This document shows positions 43,371-53,751 of a stretch of 64,000 nucleotides of DNA, piece after piece. A model generated the notes under the pieces. The model was not told the DNA's origin, did not search any database, and worked only from the letters and a program-made list of their open reading frames with translations. Each line of letters opens with the position of its first letter. Position 1 is the stretch's first letter. This stretch comes from an uncultured virus (IMG/VR IMGVR_UViG_3300034082_001676) (lineage: Duplodnaviria > Heunggongvirae > Uroviricota > Caudoviricetes): positions 1 through 64,000 of IMG/VR virus record IMGVR_UViG_3300034082_001676. One strand, written 5' to 3'. A program made the position numbers and the translations under genes.

Positions 43371-44339
43371 TTAGAATCCGTTAGTGGCTGAGTTGTAGAA
43401 CAGTTTACCTGTCCAAGTCGATGTTTTAGCCTGTGTACTAGATGCCCAACTAACTGTCATTGTTCCTGGGCCTGTTAGGTTACCAAACATAACACGGAAA
43501 GGATAATAGATGTTTGCGGTCATTGCAACGGTTCCGCTCACTTCTACAGGACCGTGAAGGCCGCCATTCTGTACAATAGCATTGGTATGAGTATATCCAG
43601 TGATGGCATTCGGGCCTATCCACATATAACTAGCATCGTCGGTGTTGGTGTAGAATGTATAGGTATCTGTAGTAGGTGCTAAGAAGTATCCTGTTAGCAT
43701 AATACTACTATACTCTGGTAGGCTGGATAAGTTTAAACTTGTATAGACACCTTGAGACGTTGCGGCATAGGTGTCAAAAAATGTTAGATCATCGTTAGCC
43801 GGAGTAAAATCAGTACCAAAGTAGCCATTAGCATTCGTTGTGCCGGTTACTGTGCGATGATAAACTCCAGATGTAAATGTAATAGCTGCAACGTTGATCC
43901 ACGGACGTCCTTGTAGCAATCCTCCAGTATTAGGATTATCATCTGCGTCAGTGGCATAGGTGTCCGGTAATAGAGTGATATCAAAAGTGTTGTTCACCCG
44001 ATAGTAAGGTTTAGTTGTGTCGCCAAATGCTTGCTTTTTTGCCTGAGCAATATATAATTTTCTCAGCTGCCGTTCTTGTTTACTTTCATTTTGTTGTGGA
44101 GTACATAACACAGTATCACCGTCTACCAGCCCCATTGCTGATAACTTTGTAGAACTATCACCAAAGGTAATGCTATTTTTGCTAGGATCACTTAAGAGAC
44201 TCCAGTGATAATAATCTGCTGGTAGTCCTTCGTCTGTGGCAATGGCTGTGATTAGTGTGTCAACGGTGGCAGTGGCCAATGTTATTCCGGTAACGCTACG
44301 TTTTGTTCCGGTTAGTCCCCAATAGTTTATATCGGCCAT
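43371..44339 (-). CDS. Protein with N-terminal ubiquitin-like segment and C-terminal PA14 domain
   Basis: LTG...TV..L...I...EGLPAD...LS..G..DGDT; PA14 GYFLAPTTDTYTFYTNTDDASYMWIG...NGGLHG. Confidence 0.7.
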   Translation of the reverse strand: MADINYWGLTGTKRSVTGITLATATVDTLITAIATDEGLPADYYHWSLLSDPSKNSITFGDSSTKLSAMGLVDGDTVLCTPQQNESKQERQLRKLYIAQAKKQAFGDTTKPYYRVNNTFDITLLPDTYATDADDNPNTGGLLQGRPWINVAAITFTSGVYHRTVTGTTNANGYFGTDFTPANDDLTFFDTYAATSQGVYTSLNLSSLPEYSSIMLTGYFLAPTTDTYTFYTNTDDASYMWIGPNAITGYTHTNAIVQNGGLHGPVEVSGTVAMTANIYYPFRVMFGNLTGPGTMTVSWASSTQAKTSTWTGKLFYNSATNGF

Positions 44340-44341
44340 TA

Positions 44342-44572
44342 TTACATACCACCTAGTTGTCTAATACGTGCAATTTCTTCTTTTGCAGGATCACCTTGCT
44401 TTTGCATAAAACCTACGATTTGATCATAGTCAGCCATAGTAACAACACCCTCTTGTGATAATTTGATCACAGCTTCTGCAACATCATGCAGGTCAGCATC
44501 TTGTTTGACATCTTCGCGAGCCAGCTCTAGCAGGCGTATAAACAAGGGTACATCTAATTTAACTATATCCAT
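44342..44572 (-). CDS. Hypothetical phage protein
   Basis: [16 protein letters not shown]...DLHDVAE. Confidence 0.75.
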   Translation of the reverse strand: MDIVKLDVPLFIRLLELAREDVKQDADLHDVAEAVIKLSQEGVVTMADYDQIVGFMQKQGDPAKEEIARIRQLGGM

Positions 44573-44617
44573 TTCAAAATCCTCAGTCTAATATTTAGCA
44601 GGTTAAATACACTTACT

Positions 44618-45829
44618 ATGATAAACAAAGCTCCCTTTAATGCTCTACTAAAAAATCTTAAAGACACTGGCAAATATCGTGTGTTTAACGATATCATCCG
44701 CGAAAAGGGCAAGTTCCCTTCAGCTATGTGGTACGGTCCCTATAATATCAAAACTATCACAAACTGGTGTAGCAATGATTATCTAGGTATGGGCCAGCAT
44801 AAAGTTGTACTAGATGCCATGCATACTGCACTAGATCACACAGGAGCAGGCAGCGGAGGCACTCGCAATATTGCAGGCACCAGTCACTATCACGTGGCTC
44901 TAGAACACGAACTAGCCACCTTGCACAACAAAGCTAAGGCCTTGCTGTTTAGTTCAGCCTATGTGGCCAACGAGTGGACATTAATTGCTTTAAGCAAGAT
45001 CATACCCAACATACATTTTGTATCAGACAGTGAGAACCACAACAGCCTAGTCATAGGTATGGTACACAGTCGTGCTCCAAAGACTGTGTTTCGTCACAAC
45101 GATCTCAATCACCTAGAAGATATATTAACCAGCATACAGCTCACAGGCAATACACCCTGTATAGTATTTGAATCAGTTTACTCAATGGATGGCGATGTTG
45201 GACACATCAAAGAAATCTGCGATCTAGCAGATCGTTATGGTGCTATAACATATATCGATGAAGTTCATGCGGTAGGACTCTATGGTCCCCACGGTGGTGG
45301 GAAAGTTGAAGAGCTTGGGCTACAATCCCGTATTGACATAGTCAATGGTACATTAGGGAAAGCCTATGGAGTCCAAGGTGGTTATATAGCTGCCGATGTA
45401 GAAGTCATTGACGCCATCCGTTCAGTAGCTGCGGGCTTTATCTTTACCACAAGTATGAGTCCTGTAAGTTGTGCTGGTGCCCTGGCTGCGGTCAAGTACC
45501 TAAAGGATCACAATGAATTGCGTGACAAACATCAAGAACGGGCTCGTAAGCTCAAGCATAGATTATCTGTGGCCGGTATGCCTGCAATGGAATGTACTAC
45601 CACTCACATTGTACCTATCCTAGTAGGAGAAGCTGTTCGCTGTAAAGCCATCAGTGATGAACTGCTCAACGAACACAACATCTACATACAGCCTATCAAC
45701 AATCCCACAGTTGCCGTAGGAACGGAGCGGTTGCGTATTGCTCCCACTCCGTTTCACGATGATGGTATGATTGAAGATCTGATTACGGCGCTGACTGCTT
45801 CATTTGCGTGTCACCCGGCGCAAGTCTAA
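44618..45829 (+). CDS. hemA: 5-aminolevulinate synthase (PLP-dependent, Shemin pathway)
   Basis: [61 protein letters not shown]. Confidence 0.93.
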   Translation: MINKAPFNALLKNLKDTGKYRVFNDIIREKGKFPSAMWYGPYNIKTITNWCSNDYLGMGQHKVVLDAMHTALDHTGAGSGGTRNIAGTSHYHVALEHELATLHNKAKALLFSSAYVANEWTLIALSKIIPNIHFVSDSENHNSLVIGMVHSRAPKTVFRHNDLNHLEDILTSIQLTGNTPCIVFESVYSMDGDVGHIKEICDLADRYGAITYIDEVHAVGLYGPHGGGKVEELGLQSRIDIVNGTLGKAYGVQGGYIAADVEVIDAIRSVAAGFIFTTSMSPVSCAGALAAVKYLKDHNELRDKHQERARKLKHRLSVAGMPAMECTTTHIVPILVGEAVRCKAISDELLNEHNIYIQPINNPTVAVGTERLRIAPTPFHDDGMIEDLITALTASFACHPAQV

Positions 45830-46166
45830 AACGATCTTCTGCATAGTCTCCAGTACCAACTTCAAATATCACACTGTTGGCCACTAGAGATTCTACTTGA
45901 TGTGGTCCTAGCTGCCCAAAGTCAGCAGTCTGTCCTTCTTCTAGCACAGCTTCTTTTACTTCTCCGGTGGCAACATCGATAAATTTAACTTTGAACTTGC
46001 CTGCATTCACAAACCAACTCTTGGCTTTTTCTTTGTGAAACACCAAACTGGTCTTGGCCCCTGCACGTTCAAATACCAATAGTTTGCCGCAGTATTTGTC
46101 GTTGTTGGCAAACACCAATTCAAATCCCCAACCCTTGTCTATTTTACCCAATGTCTGTAAGTTCAT
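45783..46166 (-). CDS. Cupin-fold protein
   Basis: KGWGFE...YCGKLL...SLVFHKEK...H...EV. Confidence 0.75.
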   Translation of the reverse strand: MNLQTLGKIDKGWGFELVFANNDKYCGKLLVFERAGAKTSLVFHKEKAKSWFVNAGKFKVKFIDVATGEVKEAVLEEGQTADFGQLGPHQVESLVANSVIFEVGTGDYAEDRFRLAPGDTQMKQSAP

Positions 46167-46750
46167 TATCTCTCCGTTATAATTTTGTCGATGAGTCCGT
46201 AGGCCAATGCTTCATCAGCACTCATAAATTTGTCTCGTTCCATATCAGCAGTCATCTGTGCAAAAGTTTTGCCCTGGCTGTTGTGTTTGACATAGATTTC
46301 AGTCAATGTCTTTTTCATTTTAATAATCTCTTCAACTTGAATCTGCATATCTGTGGCCTGTCCGCGAGCACCGCCACTGGGTTGATGAATCATGTGTCGA
46401 GCATTGGGCAACATAAAACGTTTGCCTTTGGCTCCGGCAGTGGCCAACAATGATCCCATTGAACAGGCCTGTCCCATAACATAGGTTGATACATCGGGTT
46501 TGATAAATTGCATGGTGTCATAGATGCTCATACCCGATGTGACAACTCCACCGGGACTGTTGATAAACAGGCTGATGTCTTTGTCTGGATTTTCACTTTC
46601 TAGAAATAGTAATTGGGCTACAATAACATTGGCCATTTGATCCTCTACAGGACCATTCAGCATGATAATTCTTTCTTTGAGCAGTCGGCTGTAAATGTCG
46701 TAGGCTCGTTCGCCTTTACTAGATGATTCAATTACCATTGGTACTAACAT
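46166..46750 (-). CDS. clpP: ATP-dependent Clp protease proteolytic subunit
   Basis: [32 protein letters not shown]. Confidence 0.98.
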   Translation of the reverse strand: MLVPMVIESSSKGERAYDIYSRLLKERIIMLNGPVEDQMANVIVAQLLFLESENPDKDISLFINSPGGVVTSGMSIYDTMQFIKPDVSTYVMGQACSMGSLLATAGAKGKRFMLPNARHMIHQPSGGARGQATDMQIQVEEIIKMKKTLTEIYVKHNSQGKTFAQMTADMERDKFMSADEALAYGLIDKIITER

Positions 46751-46784
46751 TCGCTAATCCTTTTATAAATTTGTTGTATCATAT

Positions 46785-46831
46785 ATTTTATACAAATTTG
46801 TCTTGCTTTGCAAGTAATCTGAGTGTATAAT
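46785..46831. promoter_or_regulatory. Divergent sigma70-type promoters (clpP / HNH)
   Basis: Plus TTGCTT-N17-TATAAT; minus TTGCAA-N17-TAAAAT. Confidence 0.55.
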
Positions 46832-46878
46832 GATGCTATATGTTAAATACTTGTCCGATAGATGATTAGTAAATCAAA

Positions 46879-47394
46879 ATGAGCAGTACACTTTTATTAA
46901 ACGCAGATATGCAACCCGTGAGCCTACTTCCACTGAGTGTGGTCGAATGGCAGGAAGCCATCAGATATATGGTCCTAGACAAGGTCAAGGTGCTTGAATG
47001 GCACGAAGATTGGATAGTACACAGTGCTAGATGGCAGACTCGTGTGCCTGCGGTGATCATGTTGAATCAATATCAAAAACCCAAGCACACTATGAGATTA
47101 AGCAAACGCAACATATTTCTGCGTGATGCCTACACCTGCCAATATTGTGGCATCGCAGTCACAGAAGTCACTGCCACGTTGGATCACGTACTGCCTGTGA
47201 GCAAAGGTGGCAAGACCACTTGGGAAAACTCCGCCACTGCCTGCAAGAGCTGCAACTACAAGAAAGCAGCTCACGTGGGCAAGATGAAGCCAAAGATCAC
47301 ACCCTACAAGCCTACATTTTGGGATCTAGTGGCTAAACGCCGAGATAGAGGCTATCATTTTCATCACCCCAGCTGGTCCAACTATTTAGGCTAA
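46879..47394 (+). CDS. HNH endonuclease (McrA-like)
   Basis: LLLNAD, RDAYTCQYCG, TLDHVLPVSKGG, ACKSCN. Confidence 0.93.
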   Translation: MSSTLLLNADMQPVSLLPLSVVEWQEAIRYMVLDKVKVLEWHEDWIVHSARWQTRVPAVIMLNQYQKPKHTMRLSKRNIFLRDAYTCQYCGIAVTEVTATLDHVLPVSKGGKTTWENSATACKSCNYKKAAHVGKMKPKITPYKPTFWDLVAKRRDRGYHFHHPSWSNYLG

Positions 47395-47402
47395 ATATTA
47401 CT

Positions 47403-48920
47403 ATGAGATTTTTTGAATTCCTATTAGTTGAAGCCCAAGGCGGAATGTGGGACCGCATGTTAGAGAAAAAATCTGGTGCAAATATCCAGTTTCTCAACGG
47501 TAATCAAACCTACGAACTTGTTGATGTTGCAGTGTTCCCGCAAGATCAACGATTAAAATACGAACCTGATCCAGAAAACCCAGAAACTCCAGCCACTGAC
47601 TCTATGAAGTTAGATATAGATCAATACCTTCAAGAACAAGGAGCGGCTGTACAAAAATACATAGGGGCCAAGAACAACTCCGGTGCTGCAATGGTGGTAA
47701 TTATTGGTGATCAGAATAAGAAAATAGCATTTGTTAAATTTGTCAAAGAAAAGAAATCAGTTCATCCTCCAATATATTGGCAGACCAGCGTGTTTACTCA
47801 AGATACAGGATGGAGTCAGACTGGCAAGGGCAAGTCGGCTACAGCCAAGGCCGCTGAAGTAAAAATCAGTCCGTATGATTTTGTTAGACCTGGACGATAT
47901 CAGATAACAGCTCTCCCTGGACTAATCGCTCAAAATCTAAATGCTCGCCCGGATACCTATCCGCAAAATCTCAAAGTAGGATTGCCTGCTCTCATAGACG
48001 ATTTAATCAACAACACAGGGCCTGTGCCTAATCTAGAACAATATGCTGATCAAGTTGAAGTGGTATTTGGTGAGTCAGCCGCGCCCATAGCGTTGGCCTT
48101 AAACAAACGAGTCAGCGGATCGTATAGTGATGCTGAACAGAATCTACTGGGTCCATTAGGACTAACTTGGGGTGATTTTACCGAAGTTTCTTTTGGAGCT
48201 TTTGGCGAGAAGATTGGTGATTCTTTTTTGTATGCCGGTGACACCAAAATAATTATCAGCAGCAAGAATAAAACAGGTGGAGCACCGGCCAGCCTTACTG
48301 GTGCCATGGAAACCATAGACAAGTATCCGGAAGAGTTTGGTCCAGGCACCAAGTTTTATAAAAAATATTCGCCAATATTATCTACCTTTGAAGTGCTGCA
48401 TAAAAATCAAGCAATTCCCGGAGTATTGGCTGCATGTGTACTGCAACAGATTATCACTGAAGAAGAAAAAGATTTTATTGTCAGCATCTATGGCAAAGGC
48501 ACAGGCACTGAACAAGACCTACAAAACTATCCTAATTTGCCAACTGTCTACAAGGCCAAGGCATTTTTAGGAGCACCTATCACAAACAAAGCAGGCAAGT
48601 CGGTGATTTCAAACATAGGTGTAGATCTCAGCAATGCCAAATTTCAAATGGGCTACCATTTGTTAGGCAATTGCGCTAAACTGTTAAAATTTAAACTCAA
48701 TGAAAATTCATCGCTGATGACTGATTTTTTCAAGGCTGTTCTCAACAAGTCGCAAATGGTACAGGTCTATACTGACACTGAACGATCTTCAAAGGGTATC
48801 AAGTTTAACGATTTCAATGTGGTATGGCCTCCCACATTTGCTGGCAAAATAGCTATCGAGTCAGATCATTACACATCTAACGCTAAACCCTCCAAAAAAA
48901 TTAGTTTTGTGTTCAAATAA
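47403..48920 (+). CDS. Large hypothetical protein, possible PD-(D/E)XK-like nuclease fold
   Basis: FGE...IGDSFL...IISSK motif; N-terminus MRFFEFLLVEA; TAAATA 5 nt upstream. Confidence 0.5.
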   Translation: MRFFEFLLVEAQGGMWDRMLEKKSGANIQFLNGNQTYELVDVAVFPQDQRLKYEPDPENPETPATDSMKLDIDQYLQEQGAAVQKYIGAKNNSGAAMVVIIGDQNKKIAFVKFVKEKKSVHPPIYWQTSVFTQDTGWSQTGKGKSATAKAAEVKISPYDFVRPGRYQITALPGLIAQNLNARPDTYPQNLKVGLPALIDDLINNTGPVPNLEQYADQVEVVFGESAAPIALALNKRVSGSYSDAEQNLLGPLGLTWGDFTEVSFGAFGEKIGDSFLYAGDTKIIISSKNKTGGAPASLTGAMETIDKYPEEFGPGTKFYKKYSPILSTFEVLHKNQAIPGVLAACVLQQIITEEEKDFIVSIYGKGTGTEQDLQNYPNLPTVYKAKAFLGAPITNKAGKSVISNIGVDLSNAKFQMGYHLLGNCAKLLKFKLNENSSLMTDFFKAVLNKSQMVQVYTDTERSSKGIKFNDFNVVWPPTFAGKIAIESDHYTSNAKPSKKISFVFK

Positions 48921-48950
48921 CCACAATCCAATCATCCACTCACAAACTGG

Positions 48951-48979
48951 TTGACAACCAACCCCTAATGTAGTATACT
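48951..48979 (+). promoter_or_regulatory. Sigma70-type promoter
   Basis: TTGACA-N17-TATACT. Confidence 0.8.
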
Positions 48980-49003
48980 AGTAGCATAGTAAACGATTAG
49001 GAG

Positions 49004-50323
49004 TTGATTTTGCGAACACAACCAGAATTCATTATTCGGCAATTGGAAATCCACAATAGCCGTATTAATAAAGAACAGATACTCGAAGCTGCCGTTGAAG
49101 AAGGTCTAGACGAATTCTTCGAAGGACTTAGAATGTGTTTGGATAACTTGTACACCTTTGGTGTTAAACAGGTTCCCACAAAAGATAAAGCTGAAGGACA
49201 AGGTCTTAGCTGGACTAACTTTGTTGAGCTCGCGGACAGTCTTTATCGCCGTAAACTTACAGGGCACGATGCCCGTGATGCTATTCAACTGGCCATGGAT
49301 GTGGCTACGCAAGGGCAGTGGAACGATTGGTATCGTCGTATACTGATCAAGGATTTGCGCTGTGGTGTCAGCGAGAAAACAGTCAACAAGGTACTCAAGG
49401 GCAAAACTATTGCATCTGTACCTGTGTTTGAATGTATGCTGGCACACGACGGTGCCAATCACGAAAAGAAGATCACAGGTAAGAAACTGCTTGAGCCTAA
49501 GTTGGATGGTGTTCGTGCTATCACTGTAGTAGACTACGAATCCAAAACTGTTACCATGTACACACGCAATGGTAAAGTTCTTGAAAACTTTGCACACATC
49601 ACTAGTTACCTAGAAGGCTATATCGAAGAGATTGGTCGCAGTATGGTATTTGACGGTGAAGTTGTTAGTCATTCATTCCAGGACCTCATGAAACAGGTTC
49701 ATCGTAAGAGTAATGTGCAGGCACAGGATGCTCGTTTATGTTTGTTCGATGCTGTTCCACTTGTAGAGTTTAAAGCTGGCAAGAGTGTGATGGGACAACG
49801 TCGACGTTCCAATCTACTAAAGAATTGGGCTAACATCTTTGCAGACAGCGGGTGCGTTGAGATCATTCCGCAGATTGAAGTCAACCTAGATGAGTTTGTA
49901 GGTGACATTGAATATCGAGACTACAACAAGAAAATGGTTGCTGAAGGTTTCGAAGGCATTATGATTAAGGATCCAGAGGCCAAATATGAATGTAAAAGAT
50001 CTGTTTCGTGGCTTAAACAAAAACCCTTTATCGAAGTTAGCCTTTCGATCACATCCGTGGAAGAAGGTACCGGAAGAAATGTTGGACGCCTTGGTGCTTT
50101 GGTCTGCGAGGGCGTCGATGATGATAAGACAATTTGCGTCAATGTGGGCAGTGGTTTTAGTGACGGGGATCGTGATTCTTATTGGCAAGAACGTGATACA
50201 GTGGTTGGACAGGTAGTGGAAGTACGTGCCGATGCTGTTACACAGAATCAAGACGGAACCTACAGTCTACGCTTTCCACGCTTCCTACGATTCCGTGGCT
50301 TTAAAGCTGGAGAAAAAATCTAA
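49004..50323 (+). CDS. ATP-dependent DNA ligase
   Basis: EPKLDGVR, FDGE, EGIMIK, WLKQK, VGSG, SLRFPRF; TTG start (49004 or 49010). Confidence 0.95.
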   Translation: MILRTQPEFIIRQLEIHNSRINKEQILEAAVEEGLDEFFEGLRMCLDNLYTFGVKQVPTKDKAEGQGLSWTNFVELADSLYRRKLTGHDARDAIQLAMDVATQGQWNDWYRRILIKDLRCGVSEKTVNKVLKGKTIASVPVFECMLAHDGANHEKKITGKKLLEPKLDGVRAITVVDYESKTVTMYTRNGKVLENFAHITSYLEGYIEEIGRSMVFDGEVVSHSFQDLMKQVHRKSNVQAQDARLCLFDAVPLVEFKAGKSVMGQRRRSNLLKNWANIFADSGCVEIIPQIEVNLDEFVGDIEYRDYNKKMVAEGFEGIMIKDPEAKYECKRSVSWLKQKPFIEVSLSITSVEEGTGRNVGRLGALVCEGVDDDKTICVNVGSGFSDGDRDSYWQERDTVVGQVVEVRADAVTQNQDGTYSLRFPRFLRFRGFKAGEKI

Positions 50324-50589
50324 TGAAAGAACAAATTGGATTTATCCGTTGGTGGTTCTCAAAGTTGGAAATATGGCAATGGATCTTGTTGGCTAGCCTA
50401 GTTTTTAATGTAGGCAGTCTGTTCGCTATAGGCACAGAAATATCGTCTGGTATGAATTTAGTTGGAATGATTCTACTGCTGATAGTATTTTTTAAATGGT
50501 TTGTTTTGGATTCTTTAAAGACCAGTTGGACTCGTTATAAAGAACAGCGAAATACTTTACTAACCACTATCAAAGACAGCGACAAATAA
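50323..50589 (+). CDS. 2-TM membrane protein
   Basis: Two hydrophobic helices; TAATG coupling. Confidence 0.7.
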   Translation: MKEQIGFIRWWFSKLEIWQWILLASLVFNVGSLFAIGTEISSGMNLVGMILLLIVFFKWFVLDSLKTSWTRYKEQRNTLLTTIKDSDK

Positions 50590-50590
50590 A

Positions 50591-50842
50591 ATGGCATACG
50601 ATTTCACAGAATTAAACAAAGTGGTTGCCAATTGGACCACTGACGATACCACAAGATTCAGACTTCCTAAATCTAAACCAAACAATATTATTCTGAACAA
50701 CAAGGGAGTTGAGATGCTTCGTGTTGCTGAAGATGGATTCTATGTTCGCGGCACAAAGGTTCCTGTAGATGACAAGGAAGCTGCCACAGTTTATACAGCC
50801 TTTAAAGAGTTCCTTGTTTGGAGCAGATTGAGCAGAGAATGA
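50591..50842 (+). CDS. Hypothetical phage protein
   Basis: EMLRVAEDGFYVRG. Confidence 0.7.
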   Translation: MAYDFTELNKVVANWTTDDTTRFRLPKSKPNNIILNNKGVEMLRVAEDGFYVRGTKVPVDDKEAATVYTAFKEFLVWSRLSRE

Positions 50843-51117
50843 AACCACTATTACTTGTTCTACTATTATCTGGCTGTGCAACTGCACAGCACAACAGTGC
50901 TAGTCCAAATCACCCAATTCAACCACTTCAGGTTGATTGTAGATATGGAAACATGATGTCAGCAGATCTAGAAACAATAATTTCTAATCCGCAAATTGAA
51001 AATCCCACTTGGCAGGGGACCTTTGCTACGATATCTGGTAACCAAACTGCCATACAACGAACACAATCAGCAAAGGTAGTCTTATGGACAATAAGAACAC
51101 AATGTCAAGGCTTCTAA
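50839..51117 (+). CDS. Putative lipoprotein
   Basis: MKPLLLVLLLSGC lipobox. Confidence 0.75.
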   Translation: MKPLLLVLLLSGCATAQHNSASPNHPIQPLQVDCRYGNMMSADLETIISNPQIENPTWQGTFATISGNQTAIQRTQSAKVVLWTIRTQCQGF

Positions 51118-51668
51118 TTGGTTTGGTGTTGCTGTCAGCCGCAACTGCGCAGGCAGAGTGTTATACTCGCTCGTCTACCGTGAGCAAACTGACTTCATCA
51201 ATTGAACAGATTGCAGATGTAGAACGAAAGGTGTTACCAGAAGGCAACGGTAAGAACTTGTGCCGAATTACATTTCGAGCCTATATCAATAACAAATGGC
51301 ATACTGCTCAAGGTGAGGAAATTGGCAGTGTCAATGACAGTTTGGATACTATCTGTGCCAAGGCGTTGAATTCCGGGCGTGTGAGTATTTTGGAATCTGT
51401 AAGTGGTACTAAAATTACCGGCAGTCAAGAATTGATTTGCACAGATGAACCCAAACCTAAACACAAGGCCACAGTATCTGTAGGTGATTTGATTTGGGAA
51501 AGTGAAGTTCAAGTGCATCCTGCCTACAAAGATATATTTAGATACAGAGGCAGTTTCTGTAAATGGTTTATTGAATCCAAACCCGATATTGGAAAAGTTG
51601 ATATGCAACAAGGAATTATTTGTCGAAGTCCCGATCAAAAGGTTTGGCGAGTGGTTGACAAGTGGTAA
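51102..51668 (+). CDS. Secreted Cys-containing protein
   Basis: Signal peptide ending AQA-EC; 6 Cys. Confidence 0.7.
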   Translation: MSRLLIGLVLLSAATAQAECYTRSSTVSKLTSSIEQIADVERKVLPEGNGKNLCRITFRAYINNKWHTAQGEEIGSVNDSLDTICAKALNSGRVSILESVSGTKITGSQELICTDEPKPKHKATVSVGDLIWESEVQVHPAYKDIFRYRGSFCKWFIESKPDIGKVDMQQGIICRSPDQKVWRVVDKW

Positions 51669-51683
51669 TTTTCACAGTATAAT
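51655..51683 (+). promoter_or_regulatory. Perfect-consensus sigma70 promoter
   Basis: TTGACA-N17-TATAAT. Confidence 0.85.
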
Positions 51684-51710
51684 ATATACTTCACACACAG
51701 AAAGGTAGAT

Positions 51711-51839
51711 ATGAGAAACTTTATTATAGGCACAGTCTTTGGACTTATCCTAGCAACTGTTGGATTCTCCGGCATTGCTCGGATGTTGGACAATGGAGTA
51801 GACACAGTTAAAACACACAGTAAGGAGATGGCAAAATGA
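51711..51839 (+). CDS. Small single-TM protein, 42 aa
   Basis: Hand-translated MRNFIIGTVFGLILATVGFSGIARMLDNGVDTVKTHSKEMAK. Confidence 0.7.
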   Translation: MRNFIIGTVFGLILATVGFSGIARMLDNGVDTVKTHSKEMAK

Positions 51840-51964
51840 AAACAGTAATTTTAAGTTTAGTACTAATGACACTTACTGCTTGTGGTACAATTGGTGGCGC
51901 TGTTTCGGGGGCAGGTGAAGATTTAAACAAGGCTGGCAATTACATTAAGAAAGTAGGAATCTAA
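51836..51964 (+). CDS. Entericidin EcnA/B-like lipoprotein, 42 aa
   Basis: Hand-translated MKTVILSLVLMTLTACGTIGGAVSGAGEDLNKAGNYIKKVGI; lipobox LTAC and GAGxD motif; TAAGGAG SD. Confidence 0.7.
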   Translation: MKTVILSLVLMTLTACGTIGGAVSGAGEDLNKAGNYIKKVGI

Positions 51965-51965
51965 G

Positions 51966-52739
51966 ATGAAAAAGACACTAATAACATTATGCGTGTTGGC
52001 GGTACTGAGCGGTTGTAGTAGTACAAAACTTTCGCCTAATTCTCCTATTGCTAGTCCTACTCCAGCAGTAACTAAAGATCAAACTGTACCTGCGCAAGGT
52101 AGAGCAGAAGCACCGTTGACTATTGATCTACCTAGTTGGTATGTCAAGGCTCCGGCAAGTACAGAAGAATATGTATTTGTCACAGGCACAGCAGTTAGTT
52201 CAGACTTGTCAATGAGTCGAGCTAAGGCCATGCTCGATGCGCAACATCAATTAGCAGACAAGATCAACGGAGTTATTGATTCTGTGTTCCGTCAAAGTCG
52301 AAAGGACAGTGCTGGTACAGTGACCAACGACTACTCAAGTCTCATGATCCGCAAGACTATTACCGATACAGCATTGACTGGTCATCATTTAGAGGACAGC
52401 CGGGTTATATCCGAGAATCGTGCGTATCGTACATTTGTATTAATTCGCTATCCAATGGGCGATACTAATCGTTTGCTCAAAGACAAACTGCAACGTGAAA
52501 CAATAAAGCAGGATAGTGACGAGGCAATTGATCGTGAGATTAATAAAAATACTAAAAAGCAGGTATCTGAGACACAGATTACACCTGTGGTATTGCCACA
52601 GATTACACCTGTGGCAGTTAGCAGGGTTCAACCACAGGATTTAAATCTGTTGCAGGTCGACAACGAAGAATATAAAAAGCGTCGAGACGAAGCACTACAG
52701 AAGCCAGGTGCTGTTGTAGGTAATATTACACTGCGTTGA
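51966..52739 (+). CDS. LPP20-like lipoprotein
   Basis: Lipobox LSGC; PSWY...GTAVSSDLSMSRAKAMLDA...LA. Confidence 0.7.
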   Translation: MKKTLITLCVLAVLSGCSSTKLSPNSPIASPTPAVTKDQTVPAQGRAEAPLTIDLPSWYVKAPASTEEYVFVTGTAVSSDLSMSRAKAMLDAQHQLADKINGVIDSVFRQSRKDSAGTVTNDYSSLMIRKTITDTALTGHHLEDSRVISENRAYRTFVLIRYPMGDTNRLLKDKLQRETIKQDSDEAIDREINKNTKKQVSETQITPVVLPQITPVAVSRVQPQDLNLLQVDNEEYKKRRDEALQKPGAVVGNITLR

Positions 52740-52755
52740 TTGTTAGGTATTAAAA

Positions 52756-53106
52756 ATGCGTTATTACATCGTCAGTTGGGATCAGCAGGGTGTAGAGTTT
52801 TTTGAAGAGATCACAGAACATCATCCTGACAATTGGGCCAAGGATCATTTGTTTGACACCATCAAACAAAACAAGCGGGTAGAAAAGCCCATGAGCTTTA
52901 GTATTCAATCATTGAAACTTCGTGCCCAATTCAACAGTCATCGCCACTATGAAATCTACGTATTCACCAGCAATGACGACATTACAAAAACAGATATTCA
53001 AGATTGGTTCACTACAGATGCTCAGAGCTTTGCCAATTGGGTACGCAAGAATTACAGCTACAAGATCTGGGATGAACGAGCCACAGAGCAAGCAGTAATT
53101 GTATGA
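52756..53106 (+). CDS. Hypothetical phage protein
   Basis: LRAQFNSHRHYEIY. Confidence 0.7.
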   Translation: MRYYIVSWDQQGVEFFEEITEHHPDNWAKDHLFDTIKQNKRVEKPMSFSIQSLKLRAQFNSHRHYEIYVFTSNDDITKTDIQDWFTTDAQSFANWVRKNYSYKIWDERATEQAVIV

Positions 53107-53321
53107 ACCTACGAATTGATAAACTAATTGATGATGCTAGGTTGACTGCTGTGGCGGAGATGTTTGAGGTTGAATTGACCAAGTTTGCCGAGTTGATTGT
53201 GGCAGAATGTATTCAGACTATTCAGATGGGTATCACTCGTGATGGCCACAATACTGAAAAGTATCAAAGGTCAATTAAACACATTAAACAGATTAAAGAA
53301 CATTTCGGAGTTGAAGAATGA
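53103..53321 (+). CDS. MNERI-family small protein, copy 1
   Basis: MNLRIDKL...KFAELIVAEC...IKEHFGVEE. Confidence 0.8.
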   Translation: MNLRIDKLIDDARLTAVAEMFEVELTKFAELIVAECIQTIQMGITRDGHNTEKYQRSIKHIKQIKEHFGVEE

Positions 53322-53554
53322 ACGACAGAATTCGTGAACTATACCAACAAGCCCATAGCATACGACACCATGACGGTGATCCTATGCGGGACGGTAATCC
53401 ACCTACTGTTTATTGGCAAGGTGAAAAGAGTGCTAAAAAGTTCGCCCAGTTGATTGTTCAGGAATGTGCAAGTATGGTAGATCTTCATGGTCGATGGATT
53501 TTGTATGATAAACTTGCTGTAAAAATTAAACGAGAGTTCGGAGTTGAAGAATGA
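53318..53554 (+). CDS. MNERI-family small protein, copy 2
   Basis: MNDRIREL...KFAQLIVQECA...IKREFGVEE. Confidence 0.8.
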   Translation: MNDRIRELYQQAHSIRHHDGDPMRDGNPPTVYWQGEKSAKKFAQLIVQECASMVDLHGRWILYDKLAVKIKREFGVEE

Positions 53555-53748
53555 ACAATGATGAAGATCCTCAGCGAGAAAAAATCTTTGAACTTCTCCA
53601 AGAGATTATATATTTAAAAGGACAGATAACTTATCTGCAGGAACAATTAAGCAGCGTAGAAGATGACCGGGATAATAGAATTGATCGGTATGAAAAACAA
53701 GTTGCTGACCTTGAACAACAATTGGGCAATGCCCTATTTCGGAGTTGA
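53551..53748 (+). CDS. Small coiled-coil protein inside the repeat array
   Basis: Starts in repeat 2, stops inside repeat 3 in a different frame (FRS*). Confidence 0.65.
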   Translation: MNNDEDPQREKIFELLQEIIYLKGQITYLQEQLSSVEDDRDNRIDRYEKQVADLEQQLGNALFRS

Positions 53749-53751
53749 AGA

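Noticed and set aside
52573..52614. 18-nt direct repeat CACAGATTACACCTGTGG
   Set aside because: Single in-frame duplication (QITPV) in a linker; no further copies seen.
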